Shown: positions 44,135 to 54,093 of the stretch, piece by piece
How positions within the stretch are numbered: position 1 is the stretch's first letter
Layout of the letters: each line of letters starts with the position of its first letter
Origin: an uncultured Gemmatimonadales bacterium
GTDB lineage: Bacteria > Gemmatimonadota > Gemmatimonadetes > Gemmatimonadales > Gemmatimonadaceae
Direction of reading: 5' to 3'
Length of the DNA: 64,000 bases
Assembly: GCA_963701965.1 (NCBI GenBank)
Contig: OY969695.1
Coordinates: forward strand, 384,001 to 448,000
Program-made: the position numbers and the translations under genes
Notes under the pieces: model-generated
What the model was told of the DNA's origin: nothing
Database searches by the model: none
The model's input: the letters and a program-made list of their open reading frames with translations, nothing else

Positions 44135-46205
44135 TCAGGGCGCGGCCGACGCGCTCGCCGCCGGTGTGCTGTACCGCTTGTACCAGCTCATCATGTAGAG
44201 CTGCGTCCGGAGGAAGTTGGTCGGCTTCATGCCGCCGGTGCCGTGGAACTCGCCCTCGAACCGGAGGAGCGTCGTCGGGACGTGCCGCATCTTGAGCGCG
44301 ACGTAGTACTCCTCGCTCTGCGGCATGGGCGTCCGGCGGTCCAACTCGCCCGTCATGATGAGCGTCGGCGTCGTCACGTGCCCGACATACATGAGCGGCG
44401 ACTCTTTGAGCCAGGCCTGGGGGTCTTCCCAGAACGGCTTGTCGAAGAACCCGTACGTGAAGAACGGGATATCGGTCTCGCCGGCCATGCTGATCCAGTC
44501 GATGACCGGACAGCGCACGGCGGCGGCGGCGAACCGTGTCGTGTGTCCGATGACCCAGCTCGTGAGCACGCCGCCCCCACTGCAGCCGCCGACGAACATC
44601 TGCCGGGAGTCGACGTACCCACGGCCGAGGACCGTATCGACACCGGCCATGAGATCATCGTAGTCCACGCTCGGATACGCCTTGCTGATGGCCGCGCCGA
44701 ACGCGGTGCCGTACCCCGTGCTGCCGCGCGGATTGACGTAGAGGACCACGAAATTGTTCGCGGCGAAGTTCTGCTGCATGTAGGCGAACGCCGCGTTGTA
44801 GTTGCCGTGCGGGCCGCCGTGGATCTCCATGATCAGCGGGTACTTCTTCGATGGGTCGAAGCCGGGCGGCTTCATGATCCATCCCCTGGATGCGCGCGCC
44901 GCCAGTCGACGCGTAGTTGATCTCTTCCACGGCGCCAAGGTGGATGCGCGAGAGCGCGGCCTCGTTGACGTGCGTCAGCTGGACGATGTCGCCCTTGAGC
45001 TTGAGGTCGACGCGGGCGACCTCGGGCGGGCGCTGCGCCGTCGCCCGCGTGATCGCGGCCACACCCGCGTGGGAGATGGAGGCGAAGTTGACCACGATCG
45101 GTCCGGACGTGATGGCGCGTGGCGCGCCGCCGGCCACGGACGAGAACATCACGTTCTTGGCGCCGTGGTCCTCGATCGTGTAGAACAGGCCGGTGAGATC
45201 CGGCGCCCAGTGCACCTCGCCGACGTCGCGGTCGAGCGACTCCGTCAGCGGCTTCGCGTGGGACCCGTCGATATCCATCACGTACAGGCCGCCAGTCCGG
45301 TACGTCTGGTCCGTCGCCGGATAGCCGACGTAGGCGATCTTCTTCCCGTCGGTGGACACCACGGGCGAATGCCAATTTCCCCGCTCGGTGGTGAGCGCCT
45401 TCGCCTGGCCAGTGGCCACATCCACCGCGTACAGGTTCGCGTCGCGATAGACGTAATCGCCGTCCGGCGCCTTCCAGCCGTCGACGATGATCGTGCGTCC
45501 ATCGGGTGTCCAATCCCACCCGACCGGATTCCCCGCCAAGCCGTCGAACCGCGCGCCAACGTTCCAGTCCCCGCTCGTGATCTGCCGGGCCGGACCGCCG
45601 TCGACGCTGATCACGAAGAGATGGCGGAAGCCCGGGTCCTGGAACCCGCGGCGATCTTCACGGAAATGCGTGGACTCGACGATGCGCGGCGCTTTGGTCC
45701 AGCGCGCCGAGTCGGGGGGCTTCGGCATGTCGATCGCCCACACGGCGGGTTTCGGCACGATGCTCGTGAAGCCGATCGACTTCCCGTCCGGGGACCAGCG
45801 AACGTCCGATGGCGCTTCGGTCAGGTGCGTCAGCTGCGTCGGCGCGGGATCGCCGTCCACGTAGCGCACGAAGATTTGGGCACCCTTGGGCTCGCCATCG
45901 GCGAGATACGCGATCCGCGTGCCGTCGGGTGACCACTGGGGGTTCGAGCCCTTGGTGAACACCCGATTGCGCGAGCCGTCGGCGCGCATGATCCAGAGCG
46001 ATGTCTCGTACCGGTCCTCGATCTTGTTGACCCAACGCCGCGAGTACACGATCTGCGACCCGTCGGGCGAGATCTGCGGGTCTCCAACGCTCTCGAGGTC
46101 GAAGTAGTGTCCGACCGTCAGCAGGGTGTCCGACGGTGTCTCCTGTCCCGCGGCGACCCGCGCGGCCAGGAAGACGGCAGAAGCGAGAAAAAAGCGCGTA
46201 CGCAT
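44135..46205 (-). CDS. S9-family dipeptidyl/acylaminoacyl peptidase; apparent +1 frameshift near 44885
   Basis: Signal peptide; PD40-type propeller repeats (ISPDG, WSPDG); catalytic domain KYPLIMEIHGGPH, NPRGSTGYG, G-C-S-G-G nucleophile, ELDRRTP, EFHG. Confidence 0.9.
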
Positions 46206-46370
46206 CAGGGAGTCTCCGGGAAATCCAGGTGCGGTGATGCTACGCTCCCGGTGGCGCGCCGTCCAGCACCTGTCGGGCCGTCTCCAAGGCTTCCCGGAGC
46301 GCCGCGATCAGGGCGTGCAGGTCGTCGAGGTCCCGGCACGCTTGACCGATGGCGGACATATTTTGATCCC

Positions 46371-47762
46371 GTGACCGACATCGTGAGGGAGATCGAGGAC
46401 GACACCGCGCCCGCGGTGGCGCAAGCGTTCGTCGCGCTGGCGACGGACTATCTGGCGGCGACGCGGGACCGCACGTCGCGGGTGTCGACGGCGTCGAGCC
46501 GGGAGGAGTTGGCGGCCCGCTTCGCCGAACCGCTGCCCCGCGATGGGCGGCCGGTCGGGGCGGTGATCGAGCGGCTGCGACGCGAGGTCATCCCGGACTC
46601 CAACCATCTGTACCACCCGCGGTACGTCGGGCATCAGGTGTCGCCGCCGCTTCCCGCGGCGATCTGGACCGAGACCGTGATCTCGGCGCTCAACCAATCG
46701 GTGGCCGTGTGGGAGATGTCGCCGGTGGGGACGGTGCTGGAGCACCAGGTCATGCGGTGGCTGCTCGACCTGGCGGGATTTGGCCCATCCGGAGCCGGGA
46801 CGATGACCACCGGTGGGACGGAGGCGACGTTTACCGCCCTGCTGGCAGCGCGGGCCGCGGCCGTACCGGATGCCTGGGCCAAGGGCATCGGCGCGAACCC
46901 TCCGCTCATCTTCTGCGGCGAGCACGTTCATTACGCGGTGACGCGCGCCGCCGGGGCGCTGGGCCTGGGGCTGGAGAACGCGCGGCCGGTGGCATCCCGG
47001 GATTTCCGGATGGATCCCAAGGCCCTGCGGCGCGGCCTCGATGCCGCGCGACGCGAGGGGCGTGCGGTCATGGCCATTGTGGCGACCGCCGGATCGACGG
47101 CCACCGGGACGTTCGACGATCTCGAAGCGATCGGCGCCCTCGCCGAGGAGCGCGGGATCTGGCTGCACGTCAATGCGGCGCACGGAGGATCGGCGCTCCT
47201 CTCGGCAGCCCATCGCCATCGACTGCGGGGCATCGAGCAGGCGCGATCGATCGCCATCGATCCGCACAAGATGATGCTCCTGCCACTGCAGGCGGGCACG
47301 TTGTTGGTGCGCGAGTCCCAGGATCTGGATCGGGCGTTCGCGCAGCGCGCGCCGTACTTGTTTCATGGCGAGGGTGACGAAGGCATCACCGACCTGGGCG
47401 TGCGCAGTTTTCTGTGCTCGCGCCGCGCCGACGTGCTCAAGCTCTGGGTCGCATTCCAGCGCTACGGCGCCAATGGCATCGGCGCACTCTACGAGCGGCT
47501 GTGTGACACTACGCGCGCGCTATACGATGCCGTGGTGGCGCACCCGGCATTCGAACCGCTGCACGAGCCCGAGTGCAACATTCTGTGCTTCCGACACGTG
47601 TCGCGGAGCCCCGATCTCCGGGAGCGTTACAATCGAACCGGTGCGGGATGGCTCACGGCCACGACACTGAACGGTGAGCGGGTGTTGCGCGTCACTATTA
47701 TGAACCCCCGCACAACGGCGGACGATGCGCGCGAAGTGCTCGAGGGCTTGAATCGCCTGTAA
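46371..47762 (+). CDS. Group II PLP-dependent amino acid decarboxylase
   Basis: YHPRYVGHQ, TTGGTEA, HVHYAV, VATAGSTATGTFDDL, HV(N)AAHGG, DPHK (Schiff-base Lys), LRVTIMNP. Confidence 0.9.
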   Translation: MTDIVREIEDDTAPAVAQAFVALATDYLAATRDRTSRVSTASSREELAARFAEPLPRDGRPVGAVIERLRREVIPDSNHLYHPRYVGHQVSPPLPAAIWTETVISALNQSVAVWEMSPVGTVLEHQVMRWLLDLAGFGPSGAGTMTTGGTEATFTALLAARAAAVPDAWAKGIGANPPLIFCGEHVHYAVTRAAGALGLGLENARPVASRDFRMDPKALRRGLDAARREGRAVMAIVATAGSTATGTFDDLEAIGALAEERGIWLHVNAAHGGSALLSAAHRHRLRGIEQARSIAIDPHKMMLLPLQAGTLLVRESQDLDRAFAQRAPYLFHGEGDEGITDLGVRSFLCSRRADVLKLWVAFQRYGANGIGALYERLCDTTRALYDAVVAHPAFEPLHEPECNILCFRHVSRSPDLRERYNRTGAGWLTATTLNGERVLRVTIMNPRTTADDAREVLEGLNRL

Positions 47763-47779
47763 GTACGCCGGGAGGCGGC

Positions 47780-48109
47780 ATGTCAAGAATTGCCGGCCCC
47801 GGCTTCGTCTTTCTCCCGATCTCGGCGCAAGGGTTCCAGCAGCCGTCTACGCGGCTCATGCTGGTGGCATCGCCAACACCGTTCTCGCCGACTGCGACCG
47901 AAGCGCGCCATGGAAGCCGTTGGTGCGGGATTCAGTTCGGGCGAGCCTCATGCTGGCATCGAGAAATCTCAGCTCTACGCACATATTGGATCGAGGCCCC
48001 TGGCGTGTTCGATCCATCCGGATATGGCGCAGCGCCCTACGTGCACAGCGAGGTCGCATCTCCGCCGTCCTCGCCACCGGCGAGCCCACCGGCGTATCGG
48101 CATCCGTAG
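47780..48109 (+). CDS. Possible hypothetical protein
   Basis: GGAGG 5 nt before ATG and the ORF fills the intergenic gap, but codon use is atypical and no family is recognised. Confidence 0.3.
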   Translation: MSRIAGPGFVFLPISAQGFQQPSTRLMLVASPTPFSPTATEARHGSRWCGIQFGRASCWHREISALRTYWIEAPGVFDPSGYGAAPYVHSEVASPPSSPPASPPAYRHP

Positions 48110-48130
48110 CCGGCTACATGTACGGCGCGC

Positions 48131-48544
48131 CTACTCGCTCGAGGCCTCGAACGACGGCCGCTCCGCCCACAGCTTCGCCTCGGCCTGACGCTCCAACGCG
48201 CGCCCACCCGGACGCCGCGAATCACGCGCCACATCGACGTGCACCTCGCCCTCCGGCGTCGGCCCACCGAGCGTTTCCCCGCGCGTCTCCCGCGTGGCCC
48301 CGCCCTGCCCGGGATGCGTCAACGCCTCCCGGTACCGGTGCGCCTTCGTAGCGAGGTCGTCCAGGAACTGCTCCACAGCGACCTCGCCGAGCTCATCCAC
48401 CAGGGTCGGGATCAACCCCTTGAGGAGGATAAGGCGTTCACCGACGGGAAGCGCGAGCGCCCGGTGGACGACATCACGAATCGTCGCGTGATCGAGCCAT
48501 TCGTAGAACGGGCTGCGCGTCGTGTCGACCTGTGCGTCGGTCAT
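48131..48544 (-). CDS. Hypothetical protein (137 aa)
   Basis: GGAG RBS, ATG 48544, helical N-terminus (ERLILLKGLIPTLV); follows fluC. Confidence 0.65.
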   Translation of the reverse strand: MTDAQVDTTRSPFYEWLDHATIRDVVHRALALPVGERLILLKGLIPTLVDELGEVAVEQFLDDLATKAHRYREALTHPGQGGATRETRGETLGGPTPEGEVHVDVARDSRRPGGRALERQAEAKLWAERPSFEASSE

Positions 48545-48561
48545 CCGTTGGCATCTCCCAG

Positions 48562-48963
48562 TTAGCGCCCGCGCGCCAGCTTGAGCATCCAGTGCGCGAC
48601 GGCGAACCCCCCAAATGTAGCGGCAACCCCCAGCGTCAAACTCAACGTCGCGTACCACGCCGCCTTGCCGTACAACCCCTCCCCAATGAGATCGGCCATC
48701 TCCAGACTGAACGTCGAAAACGTCGTGTATCCACCACAGAGACCCGTCGTAAGCAATGCCCGGACCGGCGGCGAGAAAGCACTCGTCTCCAAGGCCAACC
48801 GGACCAACAGCCCGAGCAGGAACGAGCCGCTCACGTTGATGAGCAACGTGCCCAGCGGAAACGTCAACCCGGCCCGACTCTGCACCGCGACGCCGACCAG
48901 CAGGCGGGCGACGCTTCCGACGGCTCCGCCGATCGCGACCGCCCAGATGATCGGCCCGTTCAC
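48562..48963 (-). CDS. crcB: Fluoride efflux channel Fluc/CrcB
   Basis: GGAVGSVAR, FPLGTLLINVSGSFLLG, TGLCGGYTTFSTFS. Confidence 0.95.
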   Translation of the reverse strand: MNGPIIWAVAIGGAVGSVARLLVGVAVQSRAGLTFPLGTLLINVSGSFLLGLLVRLALETSAFSPPVRALLTTGLCGGYTTFSTFSLEMADLIGEGLYGKAAWYATLSLTLGVAATFGGFAVAHWMLKLARGR

Positions 48964-48974
48964 GATCCCGACCC

Positions 48975-49916
48975 TTAGTGATGCAGACCGGCGGCCAGCG
49001 CGTCACTCAGCGCCTGGGCCATCGCGCCGGTCGGGTCCCGCGACGGATCGAATATCGTGACGTCGACACCCGCCACAGTGCGCGAGCCGACGAGACGCCG
49101 GACAATATCCGTCAGCTCCTTGTAGCTGAGCCCTCCCGGCTGGCGCGCGTCGACCGCCGGCATCACCGCGTCATCGAGCACGTCCGCGTCAATGTGCACC
49201 CAGATGCCATCGAGGTCCCGCAGCGGAAGGCGCTCGAGGATCGCGTCGACGGCGTAGTCGGCGCCGAGTTTGCGCACCGCATCGAGATCGAACACCCCGC
49301 CCAGTCCCGAGGCCGCCGGGTCCGGCGCCCCGGCCGTGATGCGTTCCTGCGCATCCCGGTGCCCGACCAACACCGCGTCCCCACGCTCGATCAGCGGCCG
49401 GCGCCCTTCGACGTTGGCGATCGCGGCCGGCTCGCCGCCGGTGGCGATCCACAGGTCCATCCCGGCCGCGCCACCCGTCGTCGAGAACTTGGGCGGGTAG
49501 AAATCGCTATGGCCATCGATGAACACGAGACCATAGCGCCCGATCCGCTTGAGCGCCAGCGCGATCCCGAACACCACGCTGCAATCCCCGCCGAGCACGA
49601 CGGGCAGGCGGCCGCCGCGGACGACTTCCTCCACGCGATCGGCGAGAGCGACCGCATAGGTCGCCAGCTCATTGACATGGCGCACGCCGGATCCGACATC
49701 GCGGACGACGTCATACTGCGTCGGCGCCGGCACCTCGCCCGCGTCCTCGGCGCCGATCGCCTCCGCCAGGCCCGCCGCCTTGAGTGCCTGCGGCAGTTGC
49801 GCGGCGCCCGGGACAACCGCCGGGTCGGCCCGTTCGAGCCCCAGCGTAATCGGCGCCGACACCAGGGCCCACCGCTTCGCGGCGATGACCGGTCGCGACC
49901 GCCTCGGAGTGGCCAC
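48975..49916 (-). CDS. Arginase/ureohydrolase-family protein
   Basis: LGGDCS, FIDGHSD, HIDADVLD...PGGL. Confidence 0.85.
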   Translation of the reverse strand: MATPRRSRPVIAAKRWALVSAPITLGLERADPAVVPGAAQLPQALKAAGLAEAIGAEDAGEVPAPTQYDVVRDVGSGVRHVNELATYAVALADRVEEVVRGGRLPVVLGGDCSVVFGIALALKRIGRYGLVFIDGHSDFYPPKFSTTGGAAGMDLWIATGGEPAAIANVEGRRPLIERGDAVLVGHRDAQERITAGAPDPAASGLGGVFDLDAVRKLGADYAVDAILERLPLRDLDGIWVHIDADVLDDAVMPAVDARQPGGLSYKELTDIVRRLVGSRTVAGVDVTIFDPSRDPTGAMAQALSDALAAGLHH

Positions 49917-49949
49917 TAGGGAGTTGTCATTAGTGAGTCGCCATGACCT

Positions 49950-51212
49950 CTATGATGCACCCTGCCGGGCCGGGGCCGCCAGCCGCTCCACCACGGCGGC
50001 GACCTTCGGCAGCACATCTTCGATGTCGGCCAGCGACACGGCACCGACCGACAGTCGGAACCACCCGGTGTCCTCCGCCACCCCAAATGCCTGGAAGGGC
50101 ACGACCGCGAAGTCCGCCTCGTTGAGCAGCTGGGTCCTGATCTCCTCGTTCGTTCTCCCTGGCAGCGCGAACCGGGCGCTGATGTAGATCGCGCCCTCCG
50201 GCCGCGACACGTCGACCGGAAGTCCCCGGTCCCGCATGGCGGCGAGGCCCCGGTGGAGCGCGTCCAGCCGTTGCCGCAGTCCTTCCTTCATGCCGCGATG
50301 ATACTCGGCGATCGCCTGCGGCGCGGTCAGCAGCGCGGCCGTGGCCACCTGCTCCGGCCGCGGGGCCCAGGTGCCCACATCGGCCAGAAATTCACCGATC
50401 GCCTTGATGAGATCACCGGGGCCCAGGATCCAACCGACACGCAGGCCGGTCGAAGCGAACGACTTGGAGATCGCGTCGACCAACAACGTATAGGGCCGCA
50501 TCTCCGGCCGGAGGCCCACGGGCGACACGTGGGGGACGTCGCCGTAGGTGAGCATCCAGTACACCTGGTCATAGAGGAGATACAGGGGCCGCTCCTGTCC
50601 GGCGCGCCGCGCGTTCTCCTCCAGCACCAGGTCGCAGATATCGGCGAGCGTGTCCGGCTCGAACATCGTGCCCGCCGGATTGAGCGGCGAATTGAGCACC
50701 AGCATCCGCGCCCCGCGAACCGCCGACTCCAGCGACCGCCGCGTGGGCAGAAATCCGGTCGCGGCGTCGGTCATCACCGGAACCCCTTCCGCTCCCACGA
50801 GACCGCAATAGTACATGTACTGCCAGCACGGGACCGAATAGACCACCCGGTCCCCCGGATCGACCAATCCGCGAAACGCACCGTAAATGGCGGGGCGCGC
50901 GCCCGACGTCACCAGAACCGACTCCACCGGATAATCGAGCCCGAGGCCGTCGCGGGTGAACGTGCGGATCGCCTCGCGCAAGACCGGCGTTCCCACATAC
51001 GGTGGATAGGTGGTCTGCCCGTCGCGCAACGCGGCTTCAATGCCGTCGCGCAGCATCGCCGGAATCGGGAACTGCCGCGGATCGAAATCGCCAATGGTCA
51101 AGTTGCAAATGCGGCGGCCGCGCGCCGTGAGCGCGCGCACCTCGCCCGCGATCCGCAAGATGGTCGACCCGACCATGTGCTCGGCCATCGTCGAGATGCG
51201 CCGTGGTGTCAT
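49950..51212 (-). CDS. Class I/II PLP-dependent aminotransferase
   Basis: NLTIGDF, NSPLNPAG, YDQVY, ISKSFASTGLRVGW, WFRLSVG; ATG 51212. Confidence 0.92.
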   Translation of the reverse strand: MTPRRISTMAEHMVGSTILRIAGEVRALTARGRRICNLTIGDFDPRQFPIPAMLRDGIEAALRDGQTTYPPYVGTPVLREAIRTFTRDGLGLDYPVESVLVTSGARPAIYGAFRGLVDPGDRVVYSVPCWQYMYYCGLVGAEGVPVMTDAATGFLPTRRSLESAVRGARMLVLNSPLNPAGTMFEPDTLADICDLVLEENARRAGQERPLYLLYDQVYWMLTYGDVPHVSPVGLRPEMRPYTLLVDAISKSFASTGLRVGWILGPGDLIKAIGEFLADVGTWAPRPEQVATAALLTAPQAIAEYHRGMKEGLRQRLDALHRGLAAMRDRGLPVDVSRPEGAIYISARFALPGRTNEEIRTQLLNEADFAVVPFQAFGVAEDTGWFRLSVGAVSLADIEDVLPKVAAVVERLAAPARQGAS

Positions 51213-51226
51213 ACGAGAGCCCCGTG

Positions 51227-51979
51227 TTAGCGCGATGCGAACGCGGCGATCGCGTTCCGCGTGAATGTCGAGAGCACGAGCGAACCGCTCATCGCGGCCC
51301 GCGCCTCCAGCAGCGCATCCCAGTGCCCGGTGCCTTCCCAGAAAACCGTTTTGAGCCTGGCCATCGCTTCCGGGTTGGACGCCGCGAGCCGGGACGCCAA
51401 CGCGCCGAGCGCGTCGTCGAGCTCTGTCGTCACCTGCGCGAACAACCCGTGTCGCTCCGCCCACGCCGCGTCCCGCCATCCGGCGGCATCAATGCCCAGC
51501 GCTTGAAAAGCGCCGGGGCCGATCTTCCGCTCGATCACCGGTCCCACGACGAACGGTCCGAGCCCTAAGGCCAACTCGCTCAATCGCACCGCCGCGGACG
51601 GGGACGCAATGGCGTAGTCGGCGGCGGCCACCACTCCCACGCCGCCGCCCACGACTTTGCCGTGCACGCGCGCGAGGATGAACTTGGGGCAGCGGCGCAT
51701 GGCGAGGATCAGGCGCGCGAAGCCCATGAAAAATTCCTTGCCGCTGGCGGCGTCCTGAATGCGCTTGAGCTCATCGAACGACGCGCCGGCGCAGAACGGC
51801 CCCGGTTCGCCGCCGCGCAGGACGACCACCCGCACCGCCGAGTCGGCCGCCAGACCGTCCACGGCATCGGCCATGGACCGCAGCAGGGTTCCGGGCAGTG
51901 AGTTCCCCTTGGGATGCGCGAACCGGATGGTGCCCACGCCGTCGCTGGCGCGTACGTCGATCTCGCCCGTGTCGTTCAT
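51227..51979 (-). CDS. Enoyl-CoA hydratase/isomerase family protein
   Basis: HPKGNSLP, FCAGASFDEL, VHGKVVGGGVG, LSELALGLGP. Confidence 0.88.
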   Translation of the reverse strand: MNDTGEIDVRASDGVGTIRFAHPKGNSLPGTLLRSMADAVDGLAADSAVRVVVLRGGEPGPFCAGASFDELKRIQDAASGKEFFMGFARLILAMRRCPKFILARVHGKVVGGGVGVVAAADYAIASPSAAVRLSELALGLGPFVVGPVIERKIGPGAFQALGIDAAGWRDAAWAERHGLFAQVTTELDDALGALASRLAASNPEAMARLKTVFWEGTGHWDALLEARAAMSGSLVLSTFTRNAIAAFASR

Positions 51980-51984
51980 CGTCT

Positions 51985-54093
51985 CTATCGCGTGAGCAGC
52001 TGGTCTATCGCGGCCGCGATGCGGTCCGCGTCGGGCAACACCGCGCCCAGCAAGTTTTCGTGGTACGGCATCGGCACATCCTCGACCGCCACTCGCTCCA
52101 CGGGTGCATCGAGCCACCAGAAGGCGTCCCGGGCCACCGTCGCCGCGATCTCGGCTCCGAATCCCGCGGTCAGCGTGTCCTCGTGCACGATCAGGCACCG
52201 GCCCGTCGCCTCCACGCTCGCCAGCACCGCGCCGCGATCCCACGGCGCGATCGTGCGCAGGTCGAGCAGCGCGACGCGCCCGGCAAACCGGTCGGCGGCC
52301 GCGAGACACCGATGGACCATGGCGCCCCACGTGATCAACGTCAGGTCGTTCCCGGTGCGGAGCGTGTTGGCCCGGCCCAGCGGCAGCACGTAATCGTCAC
52401 CGGGATACCGCGCGCTCCCGTCGCTGGTCATGAGCAGCGAGCGGTGCTCGAAGAAGATGCTGGGATTCCGGCTGCGCATCGCCGCGCGCAACAGTCCCAC
52501 GGCATCGGCCGCGTTGGACGGCACGAGCACTTGCCACCCGATCGCGTGGGCCCAGGTGACTTCGCTGCTCAGCGAGTGCCACGGGTCGCCGACGTCCTTC
52601 CCAAATCCGCCCGGCATGCGGACCACGATCGGCGCGGCGAACTGGTTGTTCGTCCGCCAGCGCATCGTGCCGCAATTGTTGAGCTGCTCGGTCGCCGGGT
52701 CGGCGTACTTGCGGAACTGGATCTCGGCCACGGGCATGAGACCGGAAATAGCCATGCCCACCGCCCGGCCAATGATCCCTTCCTCCGACAGGCTGGTATC
52801 GAACACGCGTCGGCCGCCGAAGCGCTTCTGGAGCCCCTCGGTGACGAGGTGCACCCCGCCCTTCACCCCGACGTCTTCTCCAAACACGAGGAGCTTCGCG
52901 TTGACCTCCAGCTCGCGCGCCAAGGTCCGCTTGACCGCTTCCGCGAAGCGGATGATCGGCCCCTCGCCGCGCTCCGTCGCATTCCCGCCCAGCGCCGCGA
53001 TCTCGGCGTCAGACAGGCCGCCGAGGGTGTCATGGTCCCTGGCATCGCGAGGCTCCGCATACACAAAGCGCTTGACGCCATCGGCGTCCGGCGCCGCGCG
53101 CGCCCGCGCGCCGGCCAGCGCCGCGGCGACGTCCCGTTCGACTTCGCGCTCCAGCGCGGACCAGTCGTTGGCCGAGAGTACCGAGGGCACCAGATACGAC
53201 TCGAGCTTGGGCAGCGGATCGCGAGTCCAATCCGCGGCAATCTCGCTCTCCGTGCGATAGCCGAGCTGGTTGTCGGGCCCGGAGTGACCGGAGAGGCGCG
53301 GCACGCGCAGACGGATGAGCGCGGGACCACTACCGGCGCGCACGTGACGCACCACCTCGCCCAGGAGCCGCGACGCTTCGGCGGGATCGGTGCCATCGCC
53401 TTCCCGCACCAGGAGATTGCCAAACGACGCCAGGTTCCGCGCGATACTTCCGCCGGGCGTCTGCATGTCGCCGCGGACGGAGATGCCGAGACCGTTGTCC
53501 TCGATGTAGAACAGCATCGGCAGCGACAGCGTCGTGGCCAACGTCAGCGACGCCCAGAACCCGTTCGTGGCGACGGACGCCTCGCCTCCGAGCGCGACGC
53601 CAATGGCGCCCGCGTAGCTCGCGTCGCCCAATACGTCGCGGTGATACTGAACGGCCTGGGCCCAGCCCGCGGTCGGCGTGTACTGGCTGCCGACATCGCC
53701 GGACATTGGCAGCACGATCGGCCCGTCCGTCCTCGGCAGATTGCAGACGACGCCAATGTCCCGCCCCCCGCTGAATCCGCCGACGCGGCCCAGCGGGCTG
53801 GCCAGCGCATCCTCGATGCCCAGTCCCAGCGAGAGCAGCAGCGGCCGCGAACGGTAGTACGCGCCCGCGGCGTCATGCGGCCGGTCGATCAGCGACCCCA
53901 GGATGACCTGCGCCATCTCGTGTCCGCGCGCCGAAAACTGGTAGAGCACGAGATGTTCGCGCGGCACCCCGGTTTTGTTCTTGTTCGTCGTCTCTTCCAC
54001 GTCGTCGAGCGCGCGCGACACGAGCGCGTGGTACGCGATGCGGCGCCACGTCGCGGCCGAGGGCGCGGCGCTGGGTTCGAGTTGCACGGCCAC
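51985..54093 (-). CDS. 2-oxoacid dehydrogenase E1, fused alpha/beta subunits (TPP-dependent)
   Basis: Alpha part: SARGHE, YYRSRP, GEAS...IEDNGLGIS, RLSGHS..D...YR. Beta part: FGEDVG..GGV, DTSLSEEGIIG, EIQF, PWHS, FFEHR, LDAPV. Confidence 0.9.
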   Translation of the reverse strand: MAVQLEPSAAPSAATWRRIAYHALVSRALDDVEETTNKNKTGVPREHLVLYQFSARGHEMAQVILGSLIDRPHDAAGAYYRSRPLLLSLGLGIEDALASPLGRVGGFSGGRDIGVVCNLPRTDGPIVLPMSGDVGSQYTPTAGWAQAVQYHRDVLGDASYAGAIGVALGGEASVATNGFWASLTLATTLSLPMLFYIEDNGLGISVRGDMQTPGGSIARNLASFGNLLVREGDGTDPAEASRLLGEVVRHVRAGSGPALIRLRVPRLSGHSGPDNQLGYRTESEIAADWTRDPLPKLESYLVPSVLSANDWSALEREVERDVAAALAGARARAAPDADGVKRFVYAEPRDARDHDTLGGLSDAEIAALGGNATERGEGPIIRFAEAVKRTLARELEVNAKLLVFGEDVGVKGGVHLVTEGLQKRFGGRRVFDTSLSEEGIIGRAVGMAISGLMPVAEIQFRKYADPATEQLNNCGTMRWRTNNQFAAPIVVRMPGGFGKDVGDPWHSLSSEVTWAHAIGWQVLVPSNAADAVGLLRAAMRSRNPSIFFEHRSLLMTSDGSARYPGDDYVLPLGRANTLRTGNDLTLITWGAMVHRCLAAADRFAGRVALLDLRTIAPWDRGAVLASVEATGRCLIVHEDTLTAGFGAEIAATVARDAFWWLDAPVERVAVEDVPMPYHENLLGAVLPDADRIAAAIDQLLTR

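Noticed and set aside
34364..48560. Prophage, integron or defence island
   Set aside because: No integrase, transposase, phage, attC-like or recognisable defence genes were seen; the CPBP (Abi-named) family is not evidence of abortive infection.
48964..48975. Fluoride riboswitch upstream of crcB
   Set aside because: Only 11 nt separate crcB from the arginase-family stop, and no riboswitch consensus was recognised.
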